Translations under genes and position numbers: made by a program
Notes under the pieces: generated by a model
What the model was told of the DNA's origin: nothing
Database searches by the model: none
What the model saw: only the letters and a program-made list of their open reading frames with translations
NCBI GenBank assembly: GCA_038063455.1
Contig: JBBTVB010000002.1
Coordinates: forward strand, 1,296 to 65,295
Source: Patescibacteria group bacterium
GTDB lineage: Bacteria > Patescibacteriota > Patescibacteriia > PEXW01
Reading direction: 5' to 3'
DNA length: 64,000 nt
Part shown: positions 34,182-42,988 of the stretch, one piece after another
How the letters are laid out: the number at the start of each line of letters is the position of its first letter
Position numbering within the stretch: position 1 is the first letter of the stretch

Positions 34182-35519
34182 ATGACACCCGAAACCCAAC
34201 AATCCGGCTTTACCCCGCCCCACCTGGCGGGCTCTTCTCGTAAACATACAAACACCGTAGCACCTGACACAGGTGGAGCGGGGTTTACTGGCCTGGGCAT
34301 TGCGCCCCAGCTGCTCGACGCGCTCGATAAGCTCAAGTTTACTACGCCCACGCCAGTCCAGAAGCAATCCATCCCTATTGGCATAGAGGGCAAGGACCTT
34401 ATTGCCATTGCGCAGACCGGCACAGGCAAGACGTTGGCGTTTGGCATCCCGGTTATCCAGCGGCTGGCCCAAGTCAAAGGCCGCGGACTCATCCTGTTGC
34501 CGACCCGCGAGCTGGCTATCCAAGTAGACGAATCGTTACAGGCAATTGGCCGCACCATTGGTTTGCGCACTGCCGTACTCATCGGCGGCGCGTCCATGCA
34601 CGTCCAGCGCCAGCACTTGCAGCGCAAGCCGCACGTCATTATTGCTACGCCCGGCCGCTTGCTCGATCACGTGGAGCAGCGCATGGTTAGCCTCTCCGAC
34701 ATTCGCATCCTGATTCTGGATGAAGCCGACCGCATGCTGGACATGGGCTTTGCCCCACAAATCAAACGCATCTTTGCTGTGCTGCCCACTGAACGGCAAA
34801 CCATGCTGTTCTCAGCCACCATGCCGCAAGAAATTGTGACTATTGCCCAAAAGCACATGAAGATTCCCTTGCGCGTCGAAATTGCGCGCGCGGGCACAGC
34901 CGCCGACAAGGTAACGCAAGAAGTATTCTTCATTGCCAAAGAAGCCAAGGTGCGGCTATTGGAAGCACTCCTGACGCAATACCCCGGTTCGGTGTTGGTC
35001 TTTACCCGCACCAAACATGCGGCACGCAAACTTGCGGGCTATGTAAAAACCATGGGGCACGCGGCAGCGGATATCCATTCGGACCGCAGTTTGGCCCAGC
35101 GCCGACAGGCCTTGGAAGGTTTTAAAACTGGTCGCTACCGCGTGCTCGTGGCCACCGACATTGCTGCCCGCGGCATAGATGTAACCGGCATTGAACTGGT
35201 GGTCAATTTTGACCTGCCAATGAACACCCAAGACTACGTCCACCGCATTGGCCGCACGGGCCGAGCCGGACGCAGCGGCCGGGCCATTTCGTTTGCTACC
35301 TTTGACCAGCGGCGCGACGTGCGGGACATCGAACGGCTCATTCGCACGCAACTACCTATTAAGCCGACACCGGAACTACCACCGGCCCGCGCGCACGAAC
35401 CCGAAATGCCACCCGATCGGCAGCAACGCCAACCACACGCGTGGCCCGCACGACGACCTATGGCCGGGGGCCGAGGTGGTGGATTCCGCGGCGGACAGCG
35501 TCGGGGTCGCGGACGATAA
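34182..35519 (+). CDS. DEAD-box ATP-dependent RNA helicase
   Basis: Q-motif, AQTGTGKT, PTRELA, DEAD, SAT and HRIGRTGRAG, with an Arg/Gly-rich tail. Confidence 0.9.
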   Translation: MTPETQQSGFTPPHLAGSSRKHTNTVAPDTGGAGFTGLGIAPQLLDALDKLKFTTPTPVQKQSIPIGIEGKDLIAIAQTGTGKTLAFGIPVIQRLAQVKGRGLILLPTRELAIQVDESLQAIGRTIGLRTAVLIGGASMHVQRQHLQRKPHVIIATPGRLLDHVEQRMVSLSDIRILILDEADRMLDMGFAPQIKRIFAVLPTERQTMLFSATMPQEIVTIAQKHMKIPLRVEIARAGTAADKVTQEVFFIAKEAKVRLLEALLTQYPGSVLVFTRTKHAARKLAGYVKTMGHAAADIHSDRSLAQRRQALEGFKTGRYRVLVATDIAARGIDVTGIELVVNFDLPMNTQDYVHRIGRTGRAGRSGRAISFATFDQRRDVRDIERLIRTQLPIKPTPELPPARAHEPEMPPDRQQRQPHAWPARRPMAGGRGGGFRGGQRRGRGR

Positions 35520-35584
35520 TTGCACCGTATTGCTTTTCGGCTAGTGATAGCGTACACTATGGGCGGCTTTTGCTCATACTTTTT

Positions 35585-36598
35585 ATGCGTACCAAAATCA
35601 TTGCAACTATTGGCCCTCGGTCTGAATCACCCGAGCTGCTCCGCGCGTTGGCAGCTGCTGGCATGAACATTGCCCGCATGAATTTCTCACACTGCACGCC
35701 AGCCGAATATATTGCCCGCGCCGCACTACTTCGCACCATTGCTGCAGAGACCAAGCAGGAGCTGCACATCATGCAAGACCTCAAAGGCCCACGCTTACGC
35801 GTCGGGAACCTTACCGCAGAAGGGCGGACCTTCCTGGCTGACGAAACAATTACCTTCTCTACCAAGCAAGGCGCAGCCGAAACCTTGTGGATTGACGACC
35901 CCTACCTGCACATCGACATCCAGCCAGCCGAACCACTGTTTCTGGCCAATGGCGCCATCGAAATGGTGGTCACGGATGTGCAAGATGACCGCATTACTAC
36001 CAGGGTCATCCGCGGCGGCAAGGTATTTAAAAACGCGGCCGTAAATGTGCCGCGCACGCATTTAACGACCGCAGGTCTAACTGAGAAAGACATTACCGAC
36101 GTACAATTCGCCCTGGAGCAAGGTGTGGACTACGTTGCACTCTCGTTCGTGCAGTCTGCAGATGACGTGAACCGGCTCAAAGACATTGTCAAAGGCCGCG
36201 CAAAAATCATTGCAAAAATTGAGCGGCGCGTTGCTCTGAGTCACATCGACGAAATTATCCAAGCTGCCGACGGCATCATGGTAGCTCGCGGTGATCTTGG
36301 GGCAGAGCTGCCCGTGGAAGAAGTGCCGTTCGTCCAGAAAAATCTTATTCGCCATGCCGCCTGGCACAACAAGCCGAGTATCGTGGCCACCCAGATGCTC
36401 TTCTCTATGGTGGACCACGCCCATCCCACCCGGGCCGAAGTGTCTGATGTTGCCAACGCCGTGTGGGATGGGGCTGATGCGGTCATGCTCTCGGATGAAA
36501 CTGCCTCCGGCCAATTCCCCATCGAATCACTCAGCACCATGGCGCGCATTGTAAAACGCACCGAACACTTTCGTTACCGCATGGAATCTGCGCTTTAA
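35585..36598 (+). CDS. pyk: pyruvate kinase, short form (337 aa)
   Basis: MRTKIIATIGP.S......L...GMN.ARMNFSH, then MVARGDLG.E and ATQML.SM. Start moved to 35585. It ends without the usual C-terminal domain. Confidence 0.8.
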   Translation: MRTKIIATIGPRSESPELLRALAAAGMNIARMNFSHCTPAEYIARAALLRTIAAETKQELHIMQDLKGPRLRVGNLTAEGRTFLADETITFSTKQGAAETLWIDDPYLHIDIQPAEPLFLANGAIEMVVTDVQDDRITTRVIRGGKVFKNAAVNVPRTHLTTAGLTEKDITDVQFALEQGVDYVALSFVQSADDVNRLKDIVKGRAKIIAKIERRVALSHIDEIIQAADGIMVARGDLGAELPVEEVPFVQKNLIRHAAWHNKPSIVATQMLFSMVDHAHPTRAEVSDVANAVWDGADAVMLSDETASGQFPIESLSTMARIVKRTEHFRYRMESAL

Positions 36599-36737
36599 TG
36601 AAATGCGCCTAGTAAGCATGATATCACGGGCGAGGTTGGGGAGTGACGACTTCCCGACCGACTTTTTTTAGCACAGAATTGTAGAGTTCAACAAAACACC
36701 AGTCTCGCGACTGGTGTTTTTAATTGAAGTAAGGGAA

Positions 36738-37439
36738 TTACAGTTCGTCGATCTTGTCCTGCGTTTCTGGCGTTTCAACGTCACCTTCAACTGAAGGCAG
36801 CACTTCGTGCGGCACGTCGGTGGTCACCGCGTCGGCGGTTTCTTGGCCGGGAATGTGTTTGATAATATTTTCAACTGCCGCAAAGCGCGCTTGCTGGTCT
36901 TTGGGTAAAAGGATGACGACATCGTCACCCGGCTCACCTTTAAAATAGGTGATGCTGGCCAGGAGTACCCGATACACAATGCCGGCAGCAACCACTTGGA
37001 ATTCGTCCGTCTGTTCGTCACGTACTAATTTGCCAACCACGCGGTTGCGGTCTACCGGCCCAATCTGCTTGTAGATAAAAGATCCATCGCCAGTAATTGT
37101 AAGTTTGAGTTTGTCGCCTTCAACCAGCTTGGACTTGGACGCGTAGTTCGCCGGCACGGAATATTGTTTCCCGTCTGGCCCAACCATGTGCTGGCCGTCA
37201 AAGAGTCCTTCGATAATCCGGCTGTCACCGTCAACACTCACCGATCCGGCTTTGCGAGCCTGGGCGGCAATATTAATTCGCTTGCCGGGGGTGCCGGCGG
37301 CGTCATCCAAAATCTGCTCCGCGGATTGAATCGAGGCTTTGGCCTCGGCCAAGAGCTGGCGGACGGCGGCGAGGGGGTCGAGTTCTTGGTCTGTGTCTGT
37401 CATATGTGTGTTAGGGAAAGGTTTATTTCGCACGTCCAA
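36738..37439 (-). CDS. hypothetical acidic protein, 233 aa
   Basis: Long ORF flanked by a bidirectional terminator (AACACCAGTC/GACTGGTGTT at about 36692-36720). The start may be the MTDTDQ ATG at 37403. Confidence 0.6.
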   Translation of the reverse strand: MDVRNKPFPNTHMTDTDQELDPLAAVRQLLAEAKASIQSAEQILDDAAGTPGKRINIAAQARKAGSVSVDGDSRIIEGLFDGQHMVGPDGKQYSVPANYASKSKLVEGDKLKLTITGDGSFIYKQIGPVDRNRVVGKLVRDEQTDEFQVVAAGIVYRVLLASITYFKGEPGDDVVILLPKDQQARFAAVENIIKHIPGQETADAVTTDVPHEVLPSVEGDVETPETQDKIDEL

Positions 37440-37577
37440 TGTAGCAAAGCGGGTCTAAACGGTCAACCCTGCACTTGTAACGAGCCCTAACGCAGGTCTC
37501 CCTGCCCGCCGAACTCGTAATGGCGAGGCAGCCGGGCGTGCCTGCCCGATCACAAAAGACGGTACAGCCCGTTAGCT

Positions 37578-38108
37578 TTAGTCGCCCTTAAAGAACGGCA
37601 CTACGTACCGGTATATTGTCATGGCATTCGGCATGGGTTTATCCACCCGGTCTGGCGTCCAGCCCGGGATAGAAAACGCGTAAGAAATAATTCGCGTACC
37701 CGGACGGCACTCAGCTTCAAATTTGCGTTTGAGCTTGCGCATAGCCGGCGGGGTCAGGAAGCAAAAAATAACATTGGCAGGGTGGAAATTCACGTGGAAA
37801 AAATTTTGACACAAAACCTGCACGCGCGGCACGGACCGGCGAAAACGTAACCACGCGATAAAAAATGGCAACAGTGAAAGTTCGTAGCCAATTATTTTTT
37901 TAGCTTCGGTTGCCGCAAACACTTTGAGTAGTCGGCCTTCACCTGCGCCAAGCTCGTACACCGTGTCAGTTGCCTGCAAAGCCGCGAGGTCGCGAACCCG
38001 GTCAAAATCTTTTGCCCAGGTCGGCACCCACGGCGCAGCTTTGAAGCCCGCCCACGCCGCCGAGGCAATAAGCGTAAACAAAATGACAATGGTAATAGTT
38101 AACCACAT
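37578..38108 (-). CDS. membrane-anchored class I SAM-dependent methyltransferase
   Basis: VYELGAGEGRL glycine-rich motif I. N-terminal TM helix. Start moved to 38108. Confidence 0.7.
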   Translation of the reverse strand: MWLTITIVILFTLIASAAWAGFKAAPWVPTWAKDFDRVRDLAALQATDTVYELGAGEGRLLKVFAATEAKKIIGYELSLLPFFIAWLRFRRSVPRVQVLCQNFFHVNFHPANVIFCFLTPPAMRKLKRKFEAECRPGTRIISYAFSIPGWTPDRVDKPMPNAMTIYRYVVPFFKGD

Positions 38109-38214
38109 GGCTGTAGTGTGGCACGGCAAAGAGGGATTGACAAACGCACCCACCTATGCTATGCTCGTTTGTTCACATCGTACTTTGAAACAATCCAAAT
38201 AAAGGAGGCGCATT

Positions 38215-38751
38215 ATGCGTCGCAAAGCAGTCTCTACTATCATCTTATGTATTCTGGTCCTTACGACAACGGCATGCGATCGACTGATCAGTGATGTGAT
38301 AACGGCGACAGACTCATATACAGCCCTTATCATTACTGTAAGACGTACAACTAACGGAGATGTTTTTCCAGGAGTATTCACCTCAACAACCAGGCCAAAC
38401 TACTCAACGTACACAAATGTTGATGGGGTCTCAGAGATGCCAGCAAGGAATCAGGCCCAGAACCAAACAGTGCATTTTGAATGGCGCGCTCGGCTGAATG
38501 GCGAACTCAGGGCACAGAACTATACTTTCGCACTAACGAAAGGCCCACGGCATGTGGACTGGCGACTCAATGACGATCCGCTTAATCCAAACTACAAGCT
38601 TGGTTCACCTCCTGTTGTCCAACGCGATGGAGCAGTGAAACTTGGAAGTACCTTATACATACCTTTTGGTGCTTGCGAGACGATCCTTGTAGATACGACA
38701 ATTGTCGAAATTCTTGTCCAAAGAGACCTTGTCACAAACAGCGCCAATTAA
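38215..38751 (+). CDS. hypothetical lipoprotein, 178 aa
   Basis: AAAGGAGG SD. Signal peptide with an LTTTAC lipobox-like site. A terminator (CCCGGTAAC...GTTACCGGG + T6) follows. Confidence 0.6.
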   Translation: MRRKAVSTIILCILVLTTTACDRLISDVITATDSYTALIITVRRTTNGDVFPGVFTSTTRPNYSTYTNVDGVSEMPARNQAQNQTVHFEWRARLNGELRAQNYTFALTKGPRHVDWRLNDDPLNPNYKLGSPPVVQRDGAVKLGSTLYIPFGACETILVDTTIVEILVQRDLVTNSAN

Positions 38752-38888
38752 AGTAAAGCCCGGTAACTATTGTGAAAACACAATTATGTTACCGGGCATT
38801 TTTTATTACCCCACGAACTTGCCAAAAACTCCAAAACGTGCTAGAATATGTTTAGTAGTAATAAAAAGCAGCGAAAACAAACCTCACT

Positions 38889-39821
38889 ATGCCTATAGCC
38901 GAAGTTTCGGCACGGAGTTTCCGGTGGATTAATATTACCGGAGCCACGGCCGATGACGCACCAGAAATCCGATACCTGCGGGAACACTTCCCGTACTTTA
39001 GCGCACTTGATATTAAAGACTGCGTCAGCACCGGCCAGCGACCGAAGTTAGAAGTGTACGATCGGTACGCTTTTTTGGTACTCATGTTCCCCATTTACAA
39101 TCGGCAGACCCGGGAAATTGAGTCGTCAGAGATTGATTTTTTCATTGGTAAAGATTTCCTCATAACCATCCACGACAACAAGCGGCATGTGTTAGAAGAA
39201 ACATTTAAAGAGTTCCACGCCCAAGCAAAATCTTCTAACGAAGCACCTGATGTTCTCTTAACCGTCATTGACCTTATTAACAAACTTCTCGGCGCCTGCT
39301 TCCCCATGCTCGACCACATTTCGCTGGACTTGCACGCCATTGAACGACTTATTTTCCGGGGCAAAGAGCGGGAAATGGTCCAGGAAATTTTGGTTACCCG
39401 CCGCAACATTGTGGATTTCCGCAAAATTATGCAAGCCCAGAAGAATACCATTAAAAAGCTGACGCTGGCGCAGCGTGTGCTGGGCTTGCCGAATGCGGAG
39501 CACGTGGGCAATGTGTTAAGCAACACCGTCGAGCGTTCCAAAGAAATCTGGGATAATCTCGAAGCCTTTAAAGAAGCAGTCGAAGCTCTGCAAGCTACGA
39601 ATGAGTCGCTTATCTCGTACCGCCTCAACGACGTGATGAAGACCTACACCACTATCTCGGTAGTTATCTTCACCCTCACACTCATTACTACCATCTTCGC
39701 CGCCCGACTCCCCCACACTCCGCTGATAGAAACTGACTACGGCTTCTACGCCATGCTCGGGATTCTTTTGGTAGTGGCGCTATCGGCGGTTGGAATATTT
39801 AAATGGAAGCGTTGGCTGTAA
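38889..39821 (+). CDS. CorA-like divalent-cation transporter family protein lacking the GMN signature
   Basis: CorA-like cytoplasmic domain and two C-terminal TM helices. The loop reads [15 protein letters not shown] where YGMNF is expected. Promoter TTGCCA-17-TAGAAT lies upstream. Confidence 0.7.
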   Translation: MPIAEVSARSFRWINITGATADDAPEIRYLREHFPYFSALDIKDCVSTGQRPKLEVYDRYAFLVLMFPIYNRQTREIESSEIDFFIGKDFLITIHDNKRHVLEETFKEFHAQAKSSNEAPDVLLTVIDLINKLLGACFPMLDHISLDLHAIERLIFRGKEREMVQEILVTRRNIVDFRKIMQAQKNTIKKLTLAQRVLGLPNAEHVGNVLSNTVERSKEIWDNLEAFKEAVEALQATNESLISYRLNDVMKTYTTISVVIFTLTLITTIFAARLPHTPLIETDYGFYAMLGILLVVALSAVGIFKWKRWL

Positions 39822-39825
39822 ACCT

Positions 39826-40797
39826 ATGGACACAACCTACATCATCATCGTTGTTGCGGTCCTGGCCATCGTGGTGGTCATGGCTTTGCGCAAGCAGTCG
39901 CAAGGTGCGAGCATGCACAGCGGCGGCCACATGCTATCGCTCTACTCCAAAGATCTCACTAGCCTAGCCAAAGCCGGCAAGCTGGACCCGGTCATCGGCC
40001 GCAAAAACGAAATTTACCGCGTCATCGAAATCCTGTCGCGTCGCACCAAGAACAACCCTGTCCTCATTGGCAAATCCGGCGTGGGTAAAACTGCCATTGT
40101 CGAAGAGCTGGCCAACGAGCTGGCAACGGGCAATGTACCCGAAACGCTAAAAACGAAACGTGTGCTTGCGCTCGATCTCTCGGGTTTGGTTGCCGGCACC
40201 AAGTACCGCGGTGAATTTGAAAAGCGTTTAAAAACGTTGGTTGACGAAATTATTGCCGCCGAGCGCCATATTATTTTATTCATCGACGAAATCCACACTT
40301 TGGCCGAAGCCGGTGAAGCCACTGGCGCAATTGACGCCGCGGATATCCTCAAACCCGCACTAGCGCGCGGCGAACTCCAGGTCATCGGCGCAACGACGCT
40401 GGAAGAGTACCGCAAATACGTGGAAAAAGACCAAACCCTGGAGCGACGTTTTCAGCCGGTTATTGTGGAAGAGCCCTCCCCTACCCAGACCATTGAGATC
40501 CTAAAGGGCTTACGGAAAAAGTACGAAAGCTACCACCACGTTACCTACTCGGATGCAATCCTGGAAGCAATTGTGCAGCTGGCCCAGCAACACCTGCAAG
40601 AGCGGGTGTTTCCCGACAAAGCCATCGACATTTTGGATGAAGCCGGTTCCCGCGTGCACCTGGAGCAAATCGAGTCGGGCAAATCAAGTACGGGAAATAA
40701 GGAAGTGCAACTGGAAGACCTACGGATTATTGTGAATAGCTTTGTTGAACTGCCCAAACAGGAAGCGGCTATGCTGGGCAAACCAAACGTGCAATAA
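39826..40797 (+). CDS. membrane-anchored single-domain Clp/Hsp100 D1-type AAA+ ATPase
   Basis: N-terminal TM helix. Then LDPVIGR..E......[32 protein letters not shown] and [29 protein letters not shown]. There is no N-domain and no D2 domain. Confidence 0.75.
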   Translation: MDTTYIIIVVAVLAIVVVMALRKQSQGASMHSGGHMLSLYSKDLTSLAKAGKLDPVIGRKNEIYRVIEILSRRTKNNPVLIGKSGVGKTAIVEELANELATGNVPETLKTKRVLALDLSGLVAGTKYRGEFEKRLKTLVDEIIAAERHIILFIDEIHTLAEAGEATGAIDAADILKPALARGELQVIGATTLEEYRKYVEKDQTLERRFQPVIVEEPSPTQTIEILKGLRKKYESYHHVTYSDAILEAIVQLAQQHLQERVFPDKAIDILDEAGSRVHLEQIESGKSSTGNKEVQLEDLRIIVNSFVELPKQEAAMLGKPNVQ

Positions 40798-40820
40798 TTT
40801 ATCTACAGTATTGAAAGGAG

Positions 40821-41294
40821 GTGAGAACTATGGAAAGAATGTTTGACCACAAAGTTAACTACGGATCCCCGGTGGTTCTCGCCCTGAGCTTTATTTTTGT
40901 GTTCCTCTTGGGCCTGTTCTTCATCTGGGCAATCGGCAACGCCACCGACAGTATTGGCCCAAACATGGCAGCTTTCAAGCACAAAGATGAGCAAGCGCAG
41001 TCAGCCGTGTATACTAGTGGCGCTTGGGCAGCCAGCAAGGGTTGCTTGGTAGCGTACGTGCAGGCAGACAATGCCGGCTCCTTTGCCGACACCAAGATGA
41101 CATCCGCGCAGAAAGTTGCAGCAGTCGTAGCCAAGTATGATGCCACCAAGTTGCAGGACCTGAATACGAAAGTGGTTTCCTGCGCAGCCAAGAGCATCCC
41201 TGTAAGCTGGGGCGGCGCCGTTCTCGTGAGCGTAACCAAGACGGGCGCGACGGATTTCAGTGTTGAGAGCGTAGCAACGATGCTCGCCGAGTAA
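40821..41294 (+). CDS. hypothetical membrane-anchored protein, 157 aa
   Basis: GAAAGGAGGTG SD. One TM helix. Confidence 0.6.
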   Translation: MRTMERMFDHKVNYGSPVVLALSFIFVFLLGLFFIWAIGNATDSIGPNMAAFKHKDEQAQSAVYTSGAWAASKGCLVAYVQADNAGSFADTKMTSAQKVAAVVAKYDATKLQDLNTKVVSCAAKSIPVSWGGAVLVSVTKTGATDFSVESVATMLAE

Positions 41295-41329
41295 CAAAAA
41301 CAAAACCTCAAAGGCATAGGAGAGGTTAA

Positions 41330-41369
41330 CCCGAAAACCTGATCGTCTACAGCGATCGGGTTTTCGTTT
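41330..41369. terminator. bidirectional rho-independent terminator
   Basis: CCCGAAAACCTGATCG / CGATCGGGTTTTCG long stem followed by TTTA. Confidence 0.75.
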
Positions 41370-41375
41370 ATAGTG

Positions 41376-41616
41376 CTTCTGTCATCCTGAGTCCTGCACT
41401 AGCAGGAAGAAGGATCTTGCTGTTTATTCGTGAAGACGCAGTGATGTTCGTCAGTTACTATTGGTCATTCACGCATTCACCACCTTTTCTGGCAGCAGAA
41501 AAGGTGGTGCCCAAAGACTGCTGGAGATGGCTCGACGCGGTCGCCTCCGTAGGACGGCAGAGTACCCTGGATGCTCGGCCCCGCGGCGATCCACCCCCAG
41601 ACCCCCGGCAGACGTT
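41376..41616 (-). repeat. structured intergenic element, copy B (paralog of 18855-19092)
   Basis: See copy A. Contains the perfect 14-bp hairpin CACCACCTTTTCTG-CTGC-CAGAAAAGGTGGTG and the hairpin ATCCT..TCCTGC-TAGT-GCAGGA..AGGAT. Confidence 0.7.
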
Positions 41617-41900
41617 CTCAAAAAGCATACCCTATAGACTAAAGTCATTTGGCATGTACTTGTTGCCCTGCGCAGTCCCGTCAGCAGGCGGGACGGAGCA
41701 GTCGTGCCGGGGTAGGGGGTGTCGGAGCTGAAAACCGGACGAGGTTTCCAGCGGGGCGGCCCCGCCAGACGGCGGGGTAAACCTTCGACACTCCGAGCCC
41801 CTGGCCCCTGACAAGAGAAAACGTTAGTGAACAAAAGGAGCCGAACGAATGGCAATTCGTCGTCACCCAATGCCGCCAGCCGCTGCTCACCTTCAGCTAG
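41617..41900 (-). ncRNA. ORF-free GC-rich hairpin-dense region contiguous with copy B (candidate structured RNA, class unknown)
   Basis: Only Arg/Pro-rich, non-protein-like ORFs occur on either strand. Long-range helix GGGGCTCGGAG/CTCCGACACCCC encloses CCCCGCC-GTCT-GGCGGGG. Further hairpins are GTCCCG...CGGGAC and ACGAAT-TGCC-ATTCGT. Confidence 0.4.
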
Positions 41901-41904
41901 TAAT

Positions 41905-42903
41905 TTATAGTGCGGTGGGAAGTATGGGTAAAAAATCTTGCAAAGCCCCGGCCACATCTTCATAGGTCGCCGAGCGCACTAACTGGCCGCGTAAAGTTGC
42001 AGCATTCGGCAAACCCTTCACGTACCAAGCTAAATGTTTTCGTAATTCAATGAGGCCGCGCGGGCCGTGGGCAGCAAACGCAATCTGCGCGTGTTGCAAG
42101 ATTGCGTGCTTGGTGGCTTCCCAATCCCGCGGGATGTACCGACCGGTCGCCAGGTACGCTTTAATCTCCTCGAAAAGCCAGGGCCTGCCCCAGCTACCGC
42201 GCGCCACGCCCACGCCATCGGCCCCGGTTTGGTCGAGAAGGGCCTTCGCATCTTCGGGCGTGTGCACGCCACCATTCGCCAGCACAATGCCTGGGAATGC
42301 TTTCTTCACCTGGGTTATCGCATCTACATTCGGTGAACCGTCAAAAGGGCGTTCAAAGCTGCGACCGTGAATCATAACCGTGGCAACCGGTAAACCTTTA
42401 ATAACCTCAATAAGGTCGAGCGCTGTTACTTGCCCTTCCGGATCGTCTACGGCGCAACCTTCTTTACAAATGCTGGCGCGAATCTTAATGGATACCGGAA
42501 TCGGCGATCCCTCGCAGGTAGCTTGCACAATCTCGCGGACCAAATCTAGTCGGCGCATTAAGGTCACTCCCCCGCCGTGCTTCACTACTTTGTAGGCCGG
42601 GCAGCCGAAGTTAATATCCACGCCCGCAAAACCCAATTCGGCTAGCACCTTTGCGCTCTTAAAATAGTGTCCCGGATTTTTGCCGAACACCTGGCACACT
42701 ACCGGCTGCTCGGCCGCAGAGAACTTGAGCATCTCAAAGGTCTTCTTGCTCTCGTACACAATCGCGTCCGTGGACACGAATTCCGTGTACAGCACGTCCG
42801 CCCCGCCGGCTTTGCACATTTGCCGGAAGGCCGTGTCAGTGACACCGGCCATGGGGGCCAGCGCCAAAATCGGCTTGGGGAGGCTAAGCCAGAAGTTCTG
42901 CAT
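41905..42903 (-). CDS. dus: tRNA-dihydrouridine synthase
   Basis: LAPMAGVTD.AFR, the block DINFGCPAYKVVKHGGG with the catalytic Cys, and HGR. Confidence 0.85.
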   Translation of the reverse strand: MQNFWLSLPKPILALAPMAGVTDTAFRQMCKAGGADVLYTEFVSTDAIVYESKKTFEMLKFSAAEQPVVCQVFGKNPGHYFKSAKVLAELGFAGVDINFGCPAYKVVKHGGGVTLMRRLDLVREIVQATCEGSPIPVSIKIRASICKEGCAVDDPEGQVTALDLIEVIKGLPVATVMIHGRSFERPFDGSPNVDAITQVKKAFPGIVLANGGVHTPEDAKALLDQTGADGVGVARGSWGRPWLFEEIKAYLATGRYIPRDWEATKHAILQHAQIAFAAHGPRGLIELRKHLAWYVKGLPNAATLRGQLVRSATYEDVAGALQDFLPILPTAL

Positions 42904-42988
42904 AGACCTACCCTAGCAGAACTTTACTATACCTGTGAAGTTACAAAACACCTCGGTTTTCCCGAGGTGTTTGCTTTGCTTCTTCTTT

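Noticed and set aside
41376-41900. tmRNA or RNase P RNA identity for the ~520-nt non-coding block after dus.
   Set aside because: There is no TTCGA-type T-arm and no acceptor/CCA 3' end complementary to the GGGGCTC start. There is no GAGGAAAGTCCGG / ACAGAACCCGGCTTA P4 consensus on either strand. The 3' half has a paralog at 18.9 kb, which a single-copy housekeeping RNA would not have.
41417-41963. Track ORFs 41469-41963 (-, 164 aa), 41417-41731 (+, 104 aa) and their neighbours as protein-coding genes.
   Set aside because: The translations are Arg/Pro/Gly-rich with no hydrophobic core pattern. They overlap each other on both strands and coincide with dense hairpins. There is no SD.
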